The position numbers and the translations under genes are program-made. Of a DNA stretch of 64,000 nucleotides, positions 58,191 to 64,000 are shown piece after piece; position 1 is the stretch's first letter; every line of letters begins with the position of its first letter. The notes below the pieces were generated by a model. The model did not search any database. It had not been told where the DNA came from and was given only the letters and a program-made list of their open reading frames with translations. Source of the DNA: an uncultured Candidatus Saccharibacteria bacterium (GTDB lineage: Bacteria > Patescibacteriota > Dojkabacteria > B142 > OLB20); the NCBI GenBank assembly GCA_964461915.1, contig CAYWVD010000002.1:47789-111788 (forward strand), read 5' to 3'.

Positions 58191-58235
58191 GGAGTTAGTT
58201 GATTCATTAATTTTATTGTTAAATCTACGGAACAC

Positions 58236-58392
58236 CCGTCCGGGTTCCAGCCACTCTCGTGCCTTTTCGACTGCACTTCGTTTGTCTCAAAGACAAGATC
58301 GGAAGGGCGCCTTAGCAGGCATCCCTCCGTGTAACGCTCAACTTCGTTACACTCGTTTCGCTAACACGGGACAGCTGGGTCTGGAACCCAGA
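58236..58392. ncRNA. GC-rich, highly structured ~160-nt element (candidate ncRNA or riboswitch; strand undetermined)
   Basis: Its GC stands out from the AT-rich flanks. A terminal 9-bp helix (GGGTTCCAG at 58241-58249 pairs with CTGGAACCC at 58380-58388), then CCAGC/GCTGG and CGTG/CACG extensions. Internal hairpins include GTGTAACG-CTCAACTT-CGTTACAC, TTGTCT-CAA-AGACAA and CGGAAGGG...CCCTCCG. The ORFs overlapping it on both strands look spurious. Confidence 0.35.
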
Positions 58393-58498
58393 TGCCACTA
58401 GACAAATTATACTATCAGCGGGAAAATGAGACAAATGAGACAGTATAAAAAAGGATAAGTTTATGTCTCATTTTATTAACAACGTCCTGTAATGTTTA

Positions 58499-59110
58499 AT
58501 GATGAAAACCATATTATTTGCAACTACAAATAAGAATAAAATTGCTAGACTTAAGAACTTTATCCAAAACGATAAGTTAAACATAATTTCTTTGGATGAG
58601 CTAGGTTATCATATTAATGAACCAGAGGAATCTGGAAGTACCCCTAGTCAAATAGCTGCAAATAAAGCGCTTTACTATTGGAGCAAACTTAAAGTAAAAA
58701 TACCAGTTTTGGCGCAGGACGACACAATCGAATTCCTGGGTGTTAAGGAATTGGCAGGCAAGAGGCTGAGTATAAAGACCCCAGTTGTAAAAGAATATGG
58801 GGAATTTAATGATGAAAACGCAATAAAGTTTTATACATCAATCGCGAATAAATATGGAGGAGAGATAAAAATGAGGTTTAATTATGGGTTTGCGATATGT
58901 GTTGATGGAAAGGCGAAGTCCAGAAAAGCAGTTTTGAATTGCAAATTGGTAAATCAAGTAAGCAAAATCATCGATCCGGGATATTTCTTAACATCAATTA
59001 TGAGAGTAGAAATTGATAATAAGATAGTTTTTTATAGTGAACTCAGCCTGGATCAACAAGCTAGAATAGACAATAGCCTAGCACGAGCTGTCTCATTTCT
59101 TCTTAAGTAG
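58499..59110 (+). CDS. Ham1/RdgB-family non-canonical NTP pyrophosphatase-like protein
   Basis: ILFATTNKNKIARL matches Ham1 (vfaTgNkgKlrEf), and PSQIAANKALYYW...PVLAQDDTIEF matches the Ham1 substrate-binding block. Confidence 0.55.
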   Translation: MMKTILFATTNKNKIARLKNFIQNDKLNIISLDELGYHINEPEESGSTPSQIAANKALYYWSKLKVKIPVLAQDDTIEFLGVKELAGKRLSIKTPVVKEYGEFNDENAIKFYTSIANKYGGEIKMRFNYGFAICVDGKAKSRKAVLNCKLVNQVSKIIDPGYFLTSIMRVEIDNKIVFYSELSLDQQARIDNSLARAVSFLLK

Positions 59111-59206
59111 ATATCCTCAATAATGACTAATTGTATTCAAATACAATGCGATCCATTAACAATATGGTATTAATGTAGTACAATTCCTGCAATTTATTAC
59201 ATATCG

Positions 59207-59653
59207 ATGAGTATGGAAAACAACAAGATTTATTCGGTAATTGTAAACGCCGTTGTTGAAAAAGATGGCAAAATATTGTTATCACAACGTAGTTTGAGTG
59301 AGGCTCATGAACCGGGGAAATGGACAATCCCGGGTGGTAAAGTAGAAAATTCACCAAATGAAGAGGAAATAAAAAATATTATCGAGAAAACCTGTGCCAG
59401 AGAAGTTATAGAAGAAGTTGGAGTAGAAATTGAGGATGATATTAAGTTAATAGCAAATAACACATTTAAAAGATCAAACGGACAAATGGTTCTTGCACTT
59501 GTATTTTTATGTAAATATAAATCAGGAGAAGCAAAAGCTCTGGAAGACACAAATGCAGTTGCATGGGTAATACGAAGTGAATTAGACAATTATGATTTCC
59601 CACCAAATGTTAAAGAATATGTTGAATCTGGTTTTGCTGAATTAACAAAATGA
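59207..59653 (+). CDS. NUDIX hydrolase
   Basis: The Nudix box is GGKVENSPNEEEIKNIIEKTCAREVIEEVGV (GX5EX7REUXEEXGU). Confidence 0.85.
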   Translation: MSMENNKIYSVIVNAVVEKDGKILLSQRSLSEAHEPGKWTIPGGKVENSPNEEEIKNIIEKTCAREVIEEVGVEIEDDIKLIANNTFKRSNGQMVLALVFLCKYKSGEAKALEDTNAVAWVIRSELDNYDFPPNVKEYVESGFAELTK

Positions 59654-59772
59654 GTGGAGCATATACTGGTGAAAATGCCCAAAATTATCATCAAACAAAT
59701 GGGAAGTTGATATTTTTGAATCCGGCGATAGAAAGGGCTATACCAAATATCGGACACGGTAAGGAGAGGGAT

Positions 59773-59802
59773 GGGTCTTGCAGGACTTTCGATGATTTGG
59801 CG
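59773..59802. repeat. 30-nt exact direct repeat, copy 1 (GGGTCTTGCAGGACTTTCGATGATTTGGCG), with ~20 nt of further imperfect similarity upstream
   Basis: Identical to 61601..61630. Directly beside it (59803-59835, minus strand) is a degenerate tRNA 3'-end-like segment GGTTCCAGACTCGGGTATCCCGCCA. Confidence 0.7.
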
Positions 59803-59847
59803 GGATACCCGAGTCTGGAACCGTAGTTACTTCAAATATTATTTGAA

Positions 59848-61443
59848 ATGGGTTATCTTTATTATATCTATCTATTATACCTTTTTAAAATGGATGTTCA
59901 TAATTTTATAAAAAATCCTCTAAACAGGAAGTGGCTTATTGCAGGAGGGGTCCTCGTGGGATTAATTATAATATTAGTTATAGTAGTTATTACTCTGAAC
60001 ATAGTAAATAGAAATAGTAGTAATAGTAATACTAGCGGGTCATTACCCCTTGAAGGATTAGGGGATGATTCTGATTCAGCCTTAACAAGGCTAACTCAAA
60101 AATATGACCTTTTGGAAAATGAACCAACTTATGATCTTTACGGGGAAGTTGGTTATCAGGGAACAGATGCTTCTTATGCTGCTGTACAAACACAATCAGA
60201 CTTTAGTCCGGAATCTGAGGATTGTTATCCCTCACATGTTGCAACCTGCCTCAATTTAGGTAGAGAAAAGACAGTTATGCCAAATCATTCGACAGTAAAC
60301 ATTAACGCTTCCAGTTATGTAAAAAGTTTTGATGAAAAATCAGGCTTACCTGATGGGCTTCCCATGGAGCTTAATGCTTATGCGCTTCTGCCGGAGGGAT
60401 CATTGGTTGCGTTATCAGGCACCAAAGCTCAGTTTAATTTTTATGATAATGAAACAAGGGTAGTACAAATGTCGGGATCGGCATATTATCGTGTAAAACC
60501 TCAGGAAAAAGGAAAGGTGTTTACCATTCAAGCCGGAGACAGGCTGATAGAGGTAGATAATGCGGAAGTGTATATTGAAGTGTCTTATAACAAAGAAGAT
60601 ACTCTTGCCCAAACCACTATATTTAACAATCAAAAAGTCGGAGTTGATATTAGCAAGGAGGAATATGAACAAAAAGCAGGAGAATCAAGATCCAAAATCT
60701 ATGATGTGCTTATTTACGTAACTTCGGGCAGCTCGAAGCTTTATTCAAGGGCGGATAAAAATACTGTTTTAACTGAGCTCACTGAAGGAAACCCCTACTC
60801 AATGTTTAAATTTAAAGACTATGGTAAAAGAGGTGCGTTTGAGTCTTCACAAGAGGAATCTGACGGATCTAGAAAAGGCCTGGCAAGTAATGACAGTTTC
60901 TTGAATCATTTAAACTTTTCAATGGTAAATTATGGCTTGGGAAACTTTAGTAATGTATCCCAGGAAGACCTGGTCAAAATGCTATTAATTAATTTCGATA
61001 CTGTTGAACTGCAAGCGACTAGATATGCTTTATGGTACAGGAAAGATTTGGAGGACTTGTCGCAGCAGTGGAATACTCTGGTCCAAAAGATGAGTTCCTG
61101 CAACCCCGGCTGGTATAAAACTTCCACCGGAGGATGCTGTCCGGATGGATTTGCCAGTGATCCCACAACCAAAACCTGTACTAAAACAACATATTATTAT
61201 TATTGTGATGCAGGCTACACCTTAGGCTCTGATAATAAATGTTATTCCCAGGATAAATCAAGGACACAAACCCCAACATATAATCCGGGAACAGGAGCTG
61301 GTGGCGGACTCTGTGTCGATAAGAGTAAACCCGCTTCATTCCAGTTATGCAAAATGGGAACCAGTGTTGGGACAGCAAAGATGAGCGGTTCTAAATGTTG
61401 TTTTAATGAGGTAGCATCGCCTACTTTAGAATCTATTAAGTAG
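59848..61443 (+). CDS. Membrane-anchored (type II) protein with a Cys-rich C-terminal region; the only gene between the two direct repeats
   Basis: It has an N-terminal TM (WLIAGGVLVGLIIILVIVVITL) and a C-terminal ~110 aa with 14 or more Cys (CCPDGF...YYYYCDAGY...CKMG...CCFNE). Local GC is slightly above the window average. Confidence 0.55.
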   Translation: MGYLYYIYLLYLFKMDVHNFIKNPLNRKWLIAGGVLVGLIIILVIVVITLNIVNRNSSNSNTSGSLPLEGLGDDSDSALTRLTQKYDLLENEPTYDLYGEVGYQGTDASYAAVQTQSDFSPESEDCYPSHVATCLNLGREKTVMPNHSTVNINASSYVKSFDEKSGLPDGLPMELNAYALLPEGSLVALSGTKAQFNFYDNETRVVQMSGSAYYRVKPQEKGKVFTIQAGDRLIEVDNAEVYIEVSYNKEDTLAQTTIFNNQKVGVDISKEEYEQKAGESRSKIYDVLIYVTSGSSKLYSRADKNTVLTELTEGNPYSMFKFKDYGKRGAFESSQEESDGSRKGLASNDSFLNHLNFSMVNYGLGNFSNVSQEDLVKMLLINFDTVELQATRYALWYRKDLEDLSQQWNTLVQKMSSCNPGWYKTSTGGCCPDGFASDPTTKTCTKTTYYYYCDAGYTLGSDNKCYSQDKSRTQTPTYNPGTGAGGGLCVDKSKPASFQLCKMGTSVGTAKMSGSKCCFNEVASPTLESIK

Positions 61444-61600
61444 TTGAGGGAAATAAGAATATCCTTTTATTAGATACAGGATAATGATCCCTTGGGTGGA
61501 TTTTGATGTTTTTCACCTCTCCAGGCTATAGTTTGAGTTATGGGGTAATTCGAGTCCCCAATCCGCCAGGGACTTAAGCATTCTCACGGAAGGGGGACGG

Positions 61601-61630
61601 GGGTCTTGCAGGACTTTCGATGATTTGGCG
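61601..61630. repeat. 30-nt exact direct repeat, copy 2, forming the immediate 3' flank of tRNA-Ser on the minus strand
   Basis: Identical to 59773..59802. Its last 5 nt overlap the tRNA 3' end (GCCA). Confidence 0.7.
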
Positions 61631-61715
61631 GAAGGGACAGGATTCGAACCTGCGACCCGATTTCTCGGGTACCGCTTTTCGAGAGCGGCTCTTTCGACCA
61701 CTCAGACACCCTTCC
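61626..61715 (-). tRNA. tRNA-Ser (anticodon CGA), type II with a long variable arm; CCA is encoded
   Basis: Minus strand folds as a cloverleaf: GGAAGGG-TG-TCT-GAGTGGTCGAA-AGA-G-CCGCT-CTCGAAA-AGCGG-[TACCCGAGAAATCGGGT]-CGCAGG-TTCGAAT-CCTGT-CCCTTCC-G-CCA. It has a 7-bp acceptor stem, a TTCGAAT T-loop and anticodon loop CT-CGA-AA. The ORF 61513..61701 overlapping it looks spurious. Confidence 0.85.
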
Positions 61716-61760
61716 TCGTCGTGGCTTTTTAATTATACTATAGAATTATGGGAACTTTAA

Positions 61761-62273
61761 TTATTCTTTGACGAGTTCTTCCACTACTTCTGGTGGTAGT
61801 TCTTCCTCAATAACAGCAGGTAATTCTACAATTGGAATTTCTTTTGCATGCTCGTCAGGTTCTTCGATCTTGTTTCTTATTGGCCCAAACTTTAATCCAT
61901 AGTGAATTATTCCTTTATCTCCATCAACATAAATTCGTCTAAAACAAGCCTGAAGGCGCATTCCATATTTTAAATCTTTGAAGTCAATGTTAACTATTTG
62001 AGTAGTAAGTCTTTCGCCATCGCTTAATTCGATTATTCCAATGATGTATGGAGCATATTCTTCAAATCCTTTATTAGGAGCATACACATTTGTCCAAGTA
62101 ACTAATTTGCCAATTGGGCTATATTCATAAACCTCAAAATCTTCTTGGTGGCATTTGATGCAAGATTTTACTGGGGGATAACTTGTTATCCCGCAATGGA
62201 CGCATTTTGACCCTATTAGTCTGTATCTGTTTTGAAATTTTCGCCAAATTTTTATCGGGCTAGATTGAACCAT
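61761..62273 (-). CDS. DUF35 OB-fold / Zn-ribbon protein (thiolase/HMG-CoA synthase partner) with an acidic C-terminal tail
   Basis: Zn-ribbon CVHCG...CIKCH is followed by an OB-fold segment (GKLVTWTNVYAP...APYIIGIIELSDGERL). The 3' end overlaps the thiolase start in an operon. Confidence 0.8.
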   Translation of the reverse strand: MVQSSPIKIWRKFQNRYRLIGSKCVHCGITSYPPVKSCIKCHQEDFEVYEYSPIGKLVTWTNVYAPNKGFEEYAPYIIGIIELSDGERLTTQIVNIDFKDLKYGMRLQACFRRIYVDGDKGIIHYGLKFGPIRNKIEEPDEHAKEIPIVELPAVIEEELPPEVVEELVKE

Positions 62274-62275
62274 TT

Positions 62276-63418
62276 TTAATTCGAAAATAAATTTATTACT
62301 GTAGTGGCACCACTACCTCCAACATTGTGCGTAAGCCCCCTATGAAGTCTTTTTTTGACCTGTCTTGCGCCAGCAGTCCCAGATAGTTGCATACATATTT
62401 CAATTGCTTGCTTGATACCTGTTGCACCAACTGGATGACCGCATGCTTTTAATCCGCCAGAGACATTTACAGGGAGTTCACCATCTTTATTGAATCTTCC
62501 GTTCCTTAAATCATTTACTGCTTTACCTTGAAGCGAAAATCCAAGATCTTCGTATGCCACAAGTTCAGCAATAGAAAAACAGTCATGAACTTCCGCAATA
62601 TCAATTAGTTTTGGTGTAATATTCAGTTTTCTATAGACTTCTTTACTTGCGATTTTGGCCGAATAAATTGAGGCAATATCTGCTCTATCGTGAAGGGCAA
62701 TTGTGCCAGTGCCAATTTCGGAAGCAACTAATTCGACTGAATGATCGTTTATCTTTTCGCTACTTAGCATGACCGCAGCAGCCCCATCACTTAATGGAGA
62801 GCAATCTAGAAGGCCAAGAGGATCAGATACCATTGTTGCATTTAATACATCTTCAACAGATATTTGTTTTTGAAACTGTGCAATAGGATTAAGCATTGCA
62901 TTTTTATGATTTTTTACACTAATTAAAGCTAAATCTTCCCTTTTAGTTTTAAATCTTCGCATATGGAACCTTGCCATCATTGCGTAAAGGCTTGGGAATG
63001 TGACTCCGTAAAAACCCTCCCATTCTTCGTCTGCCGCCGCAGATAATGCTTGAGTAGCCTGGATTGCATCAAGATCAGTCATTTTCTCAACCCCTATAAC
63101 TAGGACATTTTTATATAATCCGGACACAATTGCATTGAATCCTGCGTTTATTGCTAATGATCCGGATGCACAAGCGCCTTCTACACGAAAAGCAGGTTTG
63201 AAAATTTGAAGTTCAGAAGCTATTAAAGCCCCTAAGTGCTCTTGATTAGTGAATAGTGAACTATTCATATTGGCAACATAGATTGCATCGATCTTTTCGG
63301 GATCGATTCCGGAAGATTTAATGGCTTCAATACCTGCCTTAACCGCGAGTGATCGAAGGTCTTGATCCCATAATTCTCCGAATTTTGTAATTCCCCAACC
63401 TGTAACAAATGTGTTCAT
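62276..63418 (-). CDS. Thiolase (acetyl-CoA C-acetyltransferase, archaeal/SCP-x-like type)
   Basis: The active-site Cys context is VEGACASGSLAIN, and the C-terminus has NVSGGLKACGHPVGATG (thiolase signature). Confidence 0.85.
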   Translation of the reverse strand: MNTFVTGWGITKFGELWDQDLRSLAVKAGIEAIKSSGIDPEKIDAIYVANMNSSLFTNQEHLGALIASELQIFKPAFRVEGACASGSLAINAGFNAIVSGLYKNVLVIGVEKMTDLDAIQATQALSAAADEEWEGFYGVTFPSLYAMMARFHMRRFKTKREDLALISVKNHKNAMLNPIAQFQKQISVEDVLNATMVSDPLGLLDCSPLSDGAAAVMLSSEKINDHSVELVASEIGTGTIALHDRADIASIYSAKIASKEVYRKLNITPKLIDIAEVHDCFSIAELVAYEDLGFSLQGKAVNDLRNGRFNKDGELPVNVSGGLKACGHPVGATGIKQAIEICMQLSGTAGARQVKKRLHRGLTHNVGGSGATTVINLFSN

Positions 63419-63420
63419 GT

Positions 63421-64000
63421 TTAATCGGTATTAATATTGCGCATTAATTTAAGATATTCTGCATAGCTGATGTATTTTTTAAAGCTAAGGAGATCCTCAA
63501 CCTTGTTTAGCTTTGGCAAACTTGTTATATTTTTATTTACTTTAAAAATGAAGGCATCACTACCGGAGCCCGATCCATAAGAACATAATAATATTTTGTC
63601 ATTGGATTTTGCCGAATCAAGTACCGAGGCTAACCCAGTTAATGAACAAGCCGAATATGTATTCCCTAATTCTGGAACAGTAAAGCCTAATTTTAATTGC
63701 TTTGAAGAAACACCTAGCATTTCAGCCACTTTTTTAGGGAAAGCAGCATTAGGCATATGAAATATTACATGGTCAAAATCCTTGATCTTCATTTTGCTTT
63801 CTTCCAGAATCAAATTTACAGCATTAATTATATGTTTGAAATATGCCGGCCCACCGGTAAATCTACCTGCATGTACTGGATAATGTTGAAATTCTCGTCT
63901 CCAAAAATCTGGAGTATCTGATGTGTATGTGGAGGTGAATATTAGTTCTGCAATAATTTCTTTTGGATTACTACCAAGAATAAAAGAAGCGGCCGAAGCA
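63421..64000 (-). CDS. HMG-CoA synthase, archaeal/UPF0219 type (N-terminus beyond the window edge)
   Basis: The frame stays open on the minus strand to position 64000 (...TSDTPDFWRREFQHYPVHAGRFTGGPAYFKHIINAVNLILEESKMKIKDFDHVIFHMPNAAFPKK...). The C-terminus has LLCSYGSGSGSDAF, typical of HMGCS. The ORF-track start at 63813 is an internal TTG. Confidence 0.8.
   Translation of the reverse strand, partial: ASAASFILGSNPKEIIAELIFTSTYTSDTPDFWRREFQHYPVHAGRFTGGPAYFKHIINAVNLILEESKMKIKDFDHVIFHMPNAAFPKKVAEMLGVSSKQLKLGFTVPELGNTYSACSLTGLASVLDSAKSNDKILLCSYGSGSGSDAFIFKVNKNITSLPKLNKVEDLLSFKKYISYAEYLKLMRNINTD

Noticed and set aside
58216-58401. 61-aa ORF on the plus strand (MLNLRNTRPGSSHSRAFS...)
   Set aside because: It coincides with the GC-rich, highly base-paired element. 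It is Arg/Ser/Gly-rich junk, typical of translating a structured RNA.
59803-59900. Possible second intact tRNA next to repeat copy 1 (GGCGGGATACCCGAGTCTGG... on plus; GGTTCCAGACTCGGGTATCCCGCCA on minus)
   Set aside because: No complementary acceptor 5' strand is present. The T-loop is non-canonical (TTCCAGA) and there is no foldable anticodon arm. I interpret it as a decayed tRNA 3'-end copy, not a gene.
61520-61600. tRNA-like segment GGGGTAATTCGAGTCCCCAATCCGCCA on the plus strand
   Set aside because: The loop between the GGGG/CCCC arms is 10 nt, not the 7-nt T-loop, and there is no matching acceptor 5' strand upstream. It is probably part of the extended flank or repeat, not a tRNA.
61513-61701. 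62-aa ORF on the minus strand
   Set aside because: It lies entirely over tRNA-Ser(CGA) and its GC-rich 3' flank. The composition is RNA-like, not coding.

Overview
This is a low-GC, gene-dense bacterial window. Gene content and style fit a Candidate Phyla Radiation (Patescibacteria)-type genome. It has single-subunit bacterial rpoB and rpoC, ftsQAZ, a sortase, a FemAB-family gene and a MurJ flippase, plus many small membrane and secreted proteins of unknown function. The conserved backbone is gltX, femAB-like, a MurF-like ligase, a GH3 NagZ-like hydrolase, mltG, ruvX, pnp, murJ, rpoD, a sortase, ftsZ/ftsA/ftsQ, rpsO, trxA, a ROK glucokinase, rpmH-rnpA, rpsG, rpsL, rpoC, rpoB and rarA. The accessory half (about 43-64 kb) holds orphan proteins. 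It includes a radical-SAM/SPASM enzyme preceded by two paralogous small membrane-anchored peptides, and an Excalibur-domain protein. It also has a GC-rich structured RNA-like element that overlaps an msrB remnant. A tRNA-Ser(CGA) sits with a duplicated 30-nt flank that brackets a single gene, which suggests an old tRNA-targeted integration. At the window edge is an archaeal-style HMG-CoA synthase/thiolase/DUF35 operon. No CRISPR array, rRNA or complete mobile element was seen. Calls rest on my reading of motifs in the supplied translations. No database search was run.
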